Notes under the pieces: generated by a model
Told to the model about the DNA's origin: nothing
Databases searched by the model: none
The model's input: only the letters and a program-made list of their open reading frames with translations
Translations under genes and position numbers: made by a program
Part shown: one piece after another, positions 47,059 to 55,683 of the stretch
Layout: each line of letters starts with the position of its first letter
Position numbering within the stretch: position 1 is the stretch's first letter
Assembly (NCBI GenBank): GCA_041484665.1
Contig: JBGPIA010000008.1
Coordinates: 22,398-86,397, forward strand
Length of the DNA: 64,000 nt
Direction of reading: 5' to 3'
From: Candidatus Krumholzibacteriia bacterium
Lineage (GTDB): Bacteria > Krumholzibacteriota > Krumholzibacteriia > JAJRXK01

Positions 47059-48441
47059 CTAGGCTCGCTCGCCCCCCACAGTGATCGACGGGATACGCAG
47101 CGTGGGCTGGGCATCGGCCACGGGGACTCCCTGGCCGTCCTTTCCACAGGTGCCCAGATCGAACCCAAGATCGCTGCCGACCATGTCGATCTGCTCCAAG
47201 ATTGTGGGGCCGTTTCCGATCAACGTGGCGCCTCTCACCGGGGCCCCGACCTTCCCATCCTCGATCAGGAAGGCCTCGTTCACCTTGAAAACGAAATTTC
47301 CGGTGGTCGTGTCGACCTGCCCTCCACCCATCCTCGTCACCAGAAGGCCGTGGGGCGTGGCCTGTACGATCGCGCCCGGCTCGTGCTCGCCGGGGGCGAT
47401 CAACGTGTTGGTCATACGGACGATCGGTCGGTGACGATAGGACTCCCGCCGTCCGTTGCCGGTACTTACTACGCCATCCCGCCGGGCCGTCAACCTGTCA
47501 TGCATGAAGCCTCGCAGGACTCCATGCTCCACCAAGACGGTCTTCTGGGCCGGGCTTCCCTCATCATCCACGTTCAGGAAGCCGCGGCGGCCGACGAGCG
47601 TGGCATCGTCGAGCACCGTGATCGCTGGGGCCGCGACGCGGGCTCCGACCCTGCCATGATAAACAGAAAGGCCTTTCTGGACCAGGTCCGCCTCCAGCCC
47701 GTGCCCGATGGCCTCGTGGACCATCGTGCCCCCGGCCCTGCTGTGCAGGACGACGGTCATGGGCCCGGCGGGCGCCGGCGCGGCGCCCAGCATCCGGACC
47801 GCTTGCTCGGCGATCTCCATTGCCCAAGCCCGCACGCGGTCGGGTACGAACAGCTCGAAGCCCGTGGCGCCTCCCATCACGCCGTAGGCGGACTCCAGCC
47901 GCACGCCATCCCGGGCGATGCAGCGCAGGGTGACGGCGACCTGCACCCGGTCGTCCTCCACCGGCCCGACCTCGCCGCTGACGATCACGATCCGGCGCCG
48001 CACATCGGACCAGGCGACCTGCACCTCGCAGAGGCGGGGACCCACGGCGCGCGCCCAGCGCTCGACGTCGGCCAGCAGCTGGGCCTTGACCGGCAGCGCG
48101 ACAGCGTCGGGGTCCTGCTGCGCTGGCACAACGAACGTGCGGGGTGGAGGCACCAGGGCCTCGATCGTCTCGCCGGGCACTACCCCGTGGAGCTGGGCTG
48201 CCAGCGCGTGGATCGACGCCTCGTCCAGCTCGTTGGTAAACCCGTAGCTGGTGCGGTCGCCCACCACCCGCCGGACGCCCAGTCCGATCTCCTGGCCGCT
48301 GTGGGCGCGCTCGAGCCGGCCGCCCTGGCGGGCCAGGACCGTGCTGCGGCGGTCCTCGAAGAACGCGTCGGCGTCGTCGGCTCCTCCGCCGCGCAGCAGC
48401 GCGACGGCTGCGGCCATCGGCGCGAGCGGCGTCGCCCTCAC
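47059..48441 (-). CDS. tldD: TldD-family metalloprotease
   Basis: ORF track; HEAIGHGLEAD HExxxH motif and overall TldD/PmbA-fold similarity; GTG start overlapping the purF stop (GTGA). Confidence 0.85.
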   Translation of the reverse strand: MRATPLAPMAAAVALLRGGGADDADAFFEDRRSTVLARQGGRLERAHSGQEIGLGVRRVVGDRTSYGFTNELDEASIHALAAQLHGVVPGETIEALVPPPRTFVVPAQQDPDAVALPVKAQLLADVERWARAVGPRLCEVQVAWSDVRRRIVIVSGEVGPVEDDRVQVAVTLRCIARDGVRLESAYGVMGGATGFELFVPDRVRAWAMEIAEQAVRMLGAAPAPAGPMTVVLHSRAGGTMVHEAIGHGLEADLVQKGLSVYHGRVGARVAAPAITVLDDATLVGRRGFLNVDDEGSPAQKTVLVEHGVLRGFMHDRLTARRDGVVSTGNGRRESYRHRPIVRMTNTLIAPGEHEPGAIVQATPHGLLVTRMGGGQVDTTTGNFVFKVNEAFLIEDGKVGAPVRGATLIGNGPTILEQIDMVGSDLGFDLGTCGKDGQGVPVADAQPTLRIPSITVGGERA

Positions 48442-50180
48442 TCGTCATCCTCGAGGAACGAAAGCGAGGGCTCACCCGCGTCGGGCGCGGCGCCGGCCTG
48501 CTCCCCGGAGTCGAGATCGGTGCGATCGGCTACGGCAACGTCCGGTGCGGCCACCGCCCCAGTCGGCACCACGCCGACCGCCAGCTCGGGCCGGGCGCCG
48601 CGTGCCCGGGTCGGCCGGCGGCGCGCGCCTTCGGCTTCGGCCTCGAAGACCTCCTTGGAGATCTGCTGCTCGAAGCGCACCGGGTAGTCTCCGGTGAAGC
48701 ACGCACGGCAGAAGCCGGGGCCCCCGCCAACGGCCTCCATCATCCCGTCCAGGCTCAGGTAGCGCAGGCTCTCCACGCGCATGTAACGCGTGATCTCCTC
48801 GACGCTGTGGCTGCTGGCGATCAACTCGCGGCGCACCGGCGTGTCGATGCCGTAGTAACAGGGATTGGTCATGGGCGGGGAGCTGATACGCAGGTGGACT
48901 TCGCGCGCGCCGGCGCCGCGGACCATCTTCACCAGCTTGCGCATGGTGGTCCCGCGCACGATCGAGTCGTCCACCAGCACGATCCGCTTGCCCTCCAGCA
49001 CGCGGCGCACGGGGTTGTACTTCTTGCGCACGGAGAAGTCGCGCAGCTCCTGGGTGGGCCGGATGAACGTGCGCCCGACGTAGTGGTTGCGGATCAGGCC
49101 CAGCTCCCACGGAATGCCCGTGGCATGGCTGTAGCCCAAAGACGCCGTGTTGCTGCTGTCGGGCACGCCGACCACGTAGTCGGCGTCGCAGGGGGCCTCG
49201 CGCCCGAGGATCTCCCCCAGTCGCCGTCGCACGGCGTCCACGCTGCGGCCGTAGATGAAGCTGTCGGGGCGGCTGAAGTAGACGTACTCGAAGATGCACA
49301 TCGCGTGTTCGGTGACTTCGACGAATCGGTAGGAGTCCAGCCCGCCGTCGCCGTGGAGCACGACCATTTCCCCGGGCTCCACGTCGCGCACGTAGGTAGC
49401 TCCCAGGATATCCAGAGCGCAGGTCTCGCTGGCGGCGATCCAGGCCTCCTTGAGCTTGCCCAGGCAGAGCGGCCGGAAGCCCCGCGGGTCGCGCGCCACC
49501 AGCACCTGCTGCGGGTCGATCACGAGCACCGAGTAGGCACCCTCGACCTGGCGCAGCGCCTCGGCGCAGGCGCGGTCTACGGTCTCCTGCTTGCTGCGCG
49601 CGATCAGGTGCAGGATCACCTCGCTGTCGTTGGTCGTGTTGAAGATCGAGCCCACGCCCTCCATCGCACGCCGCAGCTGCGCCGCGTTGACGAGGTTGCC
49701 GTTGTGGGCGACCGCCAGGCTGCCGCGCTTGTAGGTGACCTGGATCGGCTGGGCATTGAGCAGGTTGCTGCTGCCGGTCGTGCTGTACCGCACGTGACCG
49801 ATGGCCATGTGCCCGCGCAGCCCGGCCACGGCCTCCTGCGTGAGCACGTCGCTCACATGTCCCATCTGTTTGAACGAGGTGAGGACGTGGCCGTCCGCAA
49901 CGGCCAGACCGGCCGACTCCTGCCCGCGGTGCTGCAGCGCGGCCAGTCCGATGGCCGCCAGGCTCGCGGCCTCGGGATGGCCCACCACGGCCATGATACC
50001 GCACTCTTCGTGCAGGCGATCGCCGTGCAGGCGATCGCCGTGCGGCGGATGGCCATGCGAGCGATCGCGCTGCGGCACGGCGCGGCGCGGGCAGTCGTCG
50101 TTCAGCGCGCCGTCGCCCGGGGCCCCGCCAGCGGGCGACCCCTCGTCGCGACGATCTCCTGGCGCGTACGGCGCGCTCAT
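48438..50180 (-). CDS. purF: amidophosphoribosyltransferase with 49-aa N-terminal extension before the catalytic Cys and ~80-aa acidic C-terminal tail
   Basis: 678-aa ORF trimmed to the ATG at 50178-50180 (GAGGAGG 7 nt upstream; overlaps the upstream ORF stop, ATGA); CGIMAVVGH N-terminal nucleophile, PRT and 4Fe-4S Cys motifs. Confidence 0.9.
   Translation of the reverse strand: MSAPYAPGDRRDEGSPAGGAPGDGALNDDCPRRAVPQRDRSHGHPPHGDRLHGDRLHEECGIMAVVGHPEAASLAAIGLAALQHRGQESAGLAVADGHVLTSFKQMGHVSDVLTQEAVAGLRGHMAIGHVRYSTTGSSNLLNAQPIQVTYKRGSLAVAHNGNLVNAAQLRRAMEGVGSIFNTTNDSEVILHLIARSKQETVDRACAEALRQVEGAYSVLVIDPQQVLVARDPRGFRPLCLGKLKEAWIAASETCALDILGATYVRDVEPGEMVVLHGDGGLDSYRFVEVTEHAMCIFEYVYFSRPDSFIYGRSVDAVRRRLGEILGREAPCDADYVVGVPDSSNTASLGYSHATGIPWELGLIRNHYVGRTFIRPTQELRDFSVRKKYNPVRRVLEGKRIVLVDDSIVRGTTMRKLVKMVRGAGAREVHLRISSPPMTNPCYYGIDTPVRRELIASSHSVEEITRYMRVESLRYLSLDGMMEAVGGGPGFCRACFTGDYPVRFEQQISKEVFEAEAEGARRRPTRARGARPELAVGVVPTGAVAAPDVAVADRTDLDSGEQAGAAPDAGEPSLSFLEDDE
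50010..50054. repeat. 15-nt tandem duplication GTGCAGGCGATCGCC x2 (plus variant) encoding GDRLH-GDRLH just upstream of the purF catalytic Cys codon
   Basis: Read in sequence; Cys codon at ~50001-50003. Confidence 0.6.
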
Positions 50181-50888
50181 CGCGCGACCTCCTCGGACAG
50201 GGGCATCGGTTCCCGCAGCTGCGCCCAGCCCTGGATGTGGGGATGGATCAGCAGGCCCTGGCTGCGCGTGCGGGTGATCGACGCCTCCTGGGCCACGGCC
50301 GCCGCCTCCGAATCGGTCGCGGTGCGCAGCACGAGGGTCCACAGCTGCATGCGCAGCAGGCGCGCGTCCGGCGCCGGCCAATGCCCCTGCGGCAACGGCC
50401 CGACGGGCTGGTCGCGCTCCCACGCCGCGAGCGTCACCGCCCAGGCGCCCCCCACGGGCGGCGGAGCCAGCCACGCATCAAGCTCGTCACGACCGCGCGC
50501 CGCGGCCAGATCGCGGCGGTCCGTCCCCACCAGCGCTCGCAGCCACGGCACCGGCCAACGGCCCGCCGCGCTGGCGGCGCCCGCCGCGCTGGCGGCCGTG
50601 GCAGTTGCGGCAGCGAGCGCGCCGGGAGCGGCTTCGTAGAAGGCGTAGCGATGCTTGTTGGGATTGACCCAGTCGGCTCGCGCCAGGCAGGCCAGCTCCC
50701 ACTGACGGGGCGCGCCCTGTAGCTCGCTGCGCGCAGCACCCGGGCGCGCCTGCGGGCCGCCGCCAGAGTCAGCTCGCGCCGTGGCGGCGCCACCGAGCAC
50801 GTAACCGTCGTCGCGCAGCACGGCCACTAGCCGGTCGCCCAGACCGCACGGGCCGCGCAACGCAGTGGCGGCGCTCATCGCCACCAGA
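50177..50888 (-). CDS. hypothetical protein (237 aa) embedded in the pur operon, translationally coupled to purF
   Basis: ATG at 50886-50888 within the 487-aa ORF frame; coding-like GC3; stop overlaps the purF start; no family recognised. Confidence 0.4.
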
Positions 50889-50951
50889 TCCACGCCGCGG
50901 AAGCGCACGAGCAGGGCCAGCTCGCTCACGATTGCACCGTCCTCTTCGGTC

Positions 50952-51776
50952 TTACGACCCGCCTCGCGCGCCCAGGCGGGCAAACGCGCGCAACAAACGC
51001 ATGCCGGGTCCGTCGGCCGACAGCGCCGCGAAATCGCTCGCCGCACGCCGGCGGCGCTCGCCCCAGGGGCCGGGCAGGTCCTCCGGGACGTGCCAGAGGC
51101 GTGCCGCCCGCTCGGGATGCGGCATGAACGCAAGCACCTGGCCGTCGAGCCCGGCGAGCCCGGCGAGGGCGTGGGTCGACCCATTGGGGTTGTCCGGGAA
51201 CGCGGCGGCCTCCTCCCCGTCGGGCGTGCAGTAGACGAGCGCGCGCAGCCCGCGCCGCTCGATCTCGCGGTCCACCGCCGGGTCGCCAAACAAGAAGCGC
51301 CCCTCGCCATGGGCGACGGGCATCGGTAGCGGCTCGGCGAGCCCTTCGGTGAAGAAGCAGCGCGCTCCCGTCGGGGCCCGCACGAACACCCAGCGCGCGT
51401 GATAGCCCTCCCAGCCGGCGATGTTGTTGCGCGCCAGCGCGGCATCCACGTGGCCGGCCGCAGTGGCCGGGGCCAGTCCGGCTTCCACCAGGATCTGCGC
51501 GCCGTTGCACAATCCCAGGACCGGCTTGCCACGCTCCGCCTGGCGCGCCAGCTCGTCCATGAGCGGCGACTTGGCTGCGATCGCCCCCGCGCGCACGCGG
51601 TCCTGATAGCTGAAGCCGCCGGGGATGACGTAGCCCGCATACGTGGCCAGACGGGTGGCGGGCTCGTTCCAGCGCACGAGCTCGCCGTCGACGCCGGCCC
51701 AGCCCAACGCCCGCAGCGTCTCGGTTTCGCAATTGAGCCCGGGAAACTGCAGGACGCCGATGCGCACGCGCGTCAT
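50952..51776 (-). CDS. purQ: phosphoribosylformylglycinamidine synthase I (glutaminase subunit)
   Basis: Internal ATG (MTRVRIGVLQFPGLNCE) overlapping the purL stop (ATGA); GATase catalytic LGLCNGAQ and HPE motifs. Confidence 0.85.
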   Translation of the reverse strand: MTRVRIGVLQFPGLNCETETLRALGWAGVDGELVRWNEPATRLATYAGYVIPGGFSYQDRVRAGAIAAKSPLMDELARQAERGKPVLGLCNGAQILVEAGLAPATAAGHVDAALARNNIAGWEGYHARWVFVRAPTGARCFFTEGLAEPLPMPVAHGEGRFLFGDPAVDREIERRGLRALVYCTPDGEEAAAFPDNPNGSTHALAGLAGLDGQVLAFMPHPERAARLWHVPEDLPGPWGERRRRAASDFAALSADGPGMRLLRAFARLGARGGS

Positions 51777-54154
51777 GCCAGAACCCCCCGGGCCAGCAGC
51801 CGCGGCATCGTGCGCTCGCGCGCCTGCGCCAGCCGCGCCAGGGGGACGCGCAGCGGCGGACCGCCCAACCCGTCCACGTGCAGCTGGGGCTGTGCAACCA
51901 CCTCGCCCAGGTGCGCGCACTGTGCGCCGTGCTGGGCGGCGAGCCGCTCGAACGCCGCCGTGCCGGCGGCTTGGACCTCCACCAGGAAAGCGCCCGCCTC
52001 GCCGAACGCGGCCGCGCCGGCTCCAGCGGTTCCGGCGAAGGGCGCAAGGTCGACGTGTGCGCCCAGGCGGCCACGGCTCTCCGGCCCCAGTGCCATCTCG
52101 GCGAGGGCCGCCAGCGTTCCGCCCTCGGACACGTCGTGCACGGCGACGGCCAACCGATCGCGCAGCGCGTCGAGTACGGTCGCGATCTCGGCGCGGATCG
52201 CCGCGTAGTCCGGTGGCGGGACGTCGCCCACCCAGGAGGCCTCGATCCAGCGCGCGTAGAGGCTGCCACCCAGTTGGGGAGCGAAGGCGCCCAGGCGGTA
52301 GAGCCCGTCGCCGGCCGCCTTGAGGGTGAGACTGCGGCAGCGCGCGATGTCCGGCACGATGCCCACGCAGCAGACGATCGGCGAGGGATCGATCGCTGCG
52401 CCGTGCGCGCTCTGGTTGTAGAAGCTGACGTTGCCCGAGACCACCGGCAGCGGTTCGCCGGGCGCGTCCATCCGCCCCAGCCCGCGGCAGGCATCGCCGA
52501 TCCCGCGCACGCCCGCGACGAAGGTGTGGAAGACCTCGGGGACCTCGGGATTTCCGTAGTTGAGGCAGTCGGTGATCGCCGCCGGCACGCCGCCGACACA
52601 GGCCACGTTGCGGGCCGCCTCGATCACCGCGCAAGCGCCCCCCAGATAGGGATCGACGCGGGCGATGCGCGGGTTGCCGTCGCAGCTCACCGCGACCCCG
52701 ACCGCAGCGCCGGGCAATGGCGCCAGCACGCCAGCGTCGGCCTCGCCCGGCCTCAGCACGGTGCGCCCTTGCACCTCGCTGTCGTAGTGCTGGAACAGAG
52801 CCCGCCGGCTGCACAGGTGAGGCGAGGCGAGCAGCGCGACGAGATCCTCGCCGAGGTCACGGCCCTGCGTCCGCAGCGGAGTCGGCGAGCGGGCCGGCGT
52901 GCCGTCGCGGCTGTCGCGCTCGTAGCGGATGCCGTCGACGATCGTGTGGATGGGAGCGTCCACGACGACCTCGCCGCCGCGCACCATGCGGTAGCGCGGA
53001 ACCTCCCCGGCGGAAGGCACGAGGATGCGCCCGACGCGGCGCGCGCCGGCGCCCTCGCTGATGCCGGGCAGGTCGTAGGTCTGGTTGTACAGCCGCAGCA
53101 GCTGGTCGGTGATGCGCGCGGGGACCGCCAGCCCGAAGCGCTCCTGCGTCTCGCTGCAGGCAGCCACGCGGCTGGGCAGTGCCGGCTCGGCCAGGTTGGC
53201 CAGCGACAGATCGAGCTCGATCCCCACCTCGCCCGCGGCGGCCAACTCGCTGCTGACGCAGGCGATACCACCCGCGCCCAGGTCCTTGAAACCGATCGGC
53301 GCGTCGTTGCGCCGCGCCAGCTCGAGCATGGCCGCATTCGCCAGTGCCAGCACGCGCTTGAGGAAGGGATCGGCTACCTGCACGCTGCCCTTGTTCTCCT
53401 GCGCGGCGGCCAGGTCGAGATCGGCCGAGGCGAAGGCGGCCCCTCCCATCCCGCTCCAGTCGGTGGCCTTGCCCACCAGGATGAAGTCGTACGGCTCCCG
53501 GCGCGCCTGCTCGGGCACGCGGCTGCGCACGATGTGGTCGGCGCGGACCAGGCCCAGCGCCACGACGTTGACCAGGCAGTTGTCGTCGAAACAGGCGTCG
53601 AACACGACGTCGCCGCCCAGGTTGGGGATGCCCAGCGCGTTCCCATACAGGGCGATGCCCTCCATCACCTCGCGGGCGATCTCCAGGCTGCGCTCGCCGT
53701 TGCTCCCGGCCGGGTCGCCGAAGCGCAGCGGATCGAGCGTGGCGATCACCTCGGCGCCCATGCAGTAGATGTCGCGCACGATTCCGCCGATGCCCGTGGC
53801 CGCCCCCTCGACCGGCATCACCTGGGAGGGGTGGTTGTGGCTCTCGTGGCCCAGCACCAGTGCCCAGCGTACGCCGTCGATCTCGGCCAGCTCGACGATC
53901 CCCGCGTCCTCGCCGGGGCCCAAGATGACGTTGCCGGCCTCGGTGGGCAGGAAGCGTTTGAGGACCGCGCGGCTGCTCTTGTAGGAGCAGTGCTCGCTCC
54001 ACATGGCGTCGAACAGGGTGAGCTCGGTGTCGGTGGGGTCGCGGCCCAGCAGCTGTGCCACGCGACGTGCCTCGGCGAGCTTCAGCGAGAGCGACAGCTC
54101 GCGCAAGGCGGCGGAGAGCGGCGCGTCATCGAGCGTGCCGACCGGGACGATCAC
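51773..54154 (-). CDS. purL: phosphoribosylformylglycinamidine synthase II
   Basis: 1122-aa ORF trimmed to the GTG overlapping the purB stop (GTGA); N-terminal LFDAMWSEHCSYKSS plus two AIRS/AIRS_C repeats. Confidence 0.9.
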   Translation of the reverse strand: MIVPVGTLDDAPLSAALRELSLSLKLAEARRVAQLLGRDPTDTELTLFDAMWSEHCSYKSSRAVLKRFLPTEAGNVILGPGEDAGIVELAEIDGVRWALVLGHESHNHPSQVMPVEGAATGIGGIVRDIYCMGAEVIATLDPLRFGDPAGSNGERSLEIAREVMEGIALYGNALGIPNLGGDVVFDACFDDNCLVNVVALGLVRADHIVRSRVPEQARREPYDFILVGKATDWSGMGGAAFASADLDLAAAQENKGSVQVADPFLKRVLALANAAMLELARRNDAPIGFKDLGAGGIACVSSELAAAGEVGIELDLSLANLAEPALPSRVAACSETQERFGLAVPARITDQLLRLYNQTYDLPGISEGAGARRVGRILVPSAGEVPRYRMVRGGEVVVDAPIHTIVDGIRYERDSRDGTPARSPTPLRTQGRDLGEDLVALLASPHLCSRRALFQHYDSEVQGRTVLRPGEADAGVLAPLPGAAVGVAVSCDGNPRIARVDPYLGGACAVIEAARNVACVGGVPAAITDCLNYGNPEVPEVFHTFVAGVRGIGDACRGLGRMDAPGEPLPVVSGNVSFYNQSAHGAAIDPSPIVCCVGIVPDIARCRSLTLKAAGDGLYRLGAFAPQLGGSLYARWIEASWVGDVPPPDYAAIRAEIATVLDALRDRLAVAVHDVSEGGTLAALAEMALGPESRGRLGAHVDLAPFAGTAGAGAAAFGEAGAFLVEVQAAGTAAFERLAAQHGAQCAHLGEVVAQPQLHVDGLGGPPLRVPLARLAQARERTMPRLLARGVLA

Positions 54155-55455
54155 GGTTGCACCGTCGCGAGCACGCGCTCGAAGATGGTGTCGACGTGGC
54201 GGAGGTGGCGCTCCCGATCGAAGCAGGCGTCCAGCGCCTTGGGCGCGAGCCATTGGCCGATCTGCGCGTCGGCGCGGATCAGGGGCTCGAACTCCAGCTG
54301 CTCCTCGAAGGCACGCATGGCGTGCTGCTGGACCACCGCGTAGGCATCCTCGCGGCTCACGCCGGCGCGGGCCAGCGCCAGCAGTACGGCGCCACTGTGG
54401 TGGAGGCCACGGCCGTTCTCCAGATTGGCGCGCATGCGCTCGGGCGACACGCGCATGCCGTCCACGATGCCGGTCATCGTGCGCAGCATGTAGTGCAAGA
54501 GCGTCGTGCCGTCGGGCAGCACCACGCGCTCGACGCTGGAGTGGCTGATATCGCGCTCGTGCCACAGCGCCACGTCCTCCAACCCCGCGATCAGATGCCC
54601 GCGCAACAGGCGCGCCATGCCGCAGATGCGCTCGCACAGGATCGGGTTGCGCTTGTGGGGCATGGCGCTGCTGCCCTTCTGCCCCTTGGCAAAGGGCTCC
54701 TCCACCTCGCCCACCTCGGAGCGCTGCAGGTGGCGGATCTCGGTGGCGAAGCGCTCGAGCGCCGCGCCGACGAGGGCGAGAGCGGCCAGCAGCTCGGCGT
54801 GGCGGTCGCGCGCCACGACCTGGGTGCTCACGGGATCGGGGCTGATTCCCAGCCGGCGGCAGACCCTCTCTTCGACCTGGGGGTGGATGTGGGCGAAGGT
54901 GCCCACCGGTCCGCTGAGCTTGCCCACCGAGACCGCGGCCACGGCCGCTTGCAGCCTGCGGCGCCCGCGGCCCAGCTCCGCCGCCCAGCCCAGGAGCTTC
55001 AGCCCGAAGGTGGTGGGCTCGGCGTGCATGCCGTGGCTGCGCCCCATCATCACGGTGCGTCGGTGCTCCTGCGCGCGGCGCAGGATGGCCGTGCTGAGGG
55101 CGTCCAGCTCCCGCAGCAGCAGCACGCCAGCCTCCTTGCATTGGACGGCGAGCGCGGTGTCCAGCAGATCGCTGCTGGTCAGGCCGAGGTGGACGAAGCG
55201 GCTCTCCTCGCCGATGTGCTCGGCCATGCTGGTCAAGAACGCGATGACGTCGTGGTGGACCGTCTCTTCGATCGCGAGGATGCGCGCCTCATCGAAGCCG
55301 GCGCGAGCCCGGATGGCGGCGGCAGCTTCGGCCGGGATCTCGCCCAGTTCGGCGAGGGCATCGCAGACCGCCACCTCGATGTCGCGCCAGATCTCGTACT
55401 TGCGGCGGTCGGACCAGAGCCGCTGCAGTTCGGGGGTCTGGTAGCGGTCGATCAT
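54151..55455 (-). CDS. purB: adenylosuccinate lyase
   Basis: ORF track; fumarase/ASL signature GSSAMPHKRNP and full-length PurB similarity. Confidence 0.9.
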   Translation of the reverse strand: MIDRYQTPELQRLWSDRRKYEIWRDIEVAVCDALAELGEIPAEAAAAIRARAGFDEARILAIEETVHHDVIAFLTSMAEHIGEESRFVHLGLTSSDLLDTALAVQCKEAGVLLLRELDALSTAILRRAQEHRRTVMMGRSHGMHAEPTTFGLKLLGWAAELGRGRRRLQAAVAAVSVGKLSGPVGTFAHIHPQVEERVCRRLGISPDPVSTQVVARDRHAELLAALALVGAALERFATEIRHLQRSEVGEVEEPFAKGQKGSSAMPHKRNPILCERICGMARLLRGHLIAGLEDVALWHERDISHSSVERVVLPDGTTLLHYMLRTMTGIVDGMRVSPERMRANLENGRGLHHSGAVLLALARAGVSREDAYAVVQQHAMRAFEEQLEFEPLIRADAQIGQWLAPKALDACFDRERHLRHVDTIFERVLATVQP

Positions 55456-55683
55456 GACGGGCGGGACCGTAGCATAGCCCTTGCGGGTGCGCCAGCGCAG
55501 GGCTCCGGGATCTCCGCGCAGCGACTCAACCCTGCGTCAGGGCCGCGCCGCAGGCTTGTCGTCGGGCTGCTCGTCAGGCTGCGCCGCGGACTGCGCGCCG
55601 GGGTGGCGGTGCGGCGGCGCGCCGGCGCGAATCCGCGATGGCAGTGGGCGGCCGCCAGTGGCCGCCAGTGCCCCCCGAGACAG

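Noticed and set aside
54155-55141. N-terminal part of the 1122-aa ORF upstream of purL
   Set aside because: Overlaps purB out of frame; purL N-terminus identified by the conserved MWSEHCSY region ~50 codons after a GTG that overlaps the purB stop.
55456-55683. Purine or ZTP riboswitch upstream of purB
   Set aside because: Inspected the minus-strand leader by eye; no recognisable conserved riboswitch core motifs; cannot exclude without covariance-model search.
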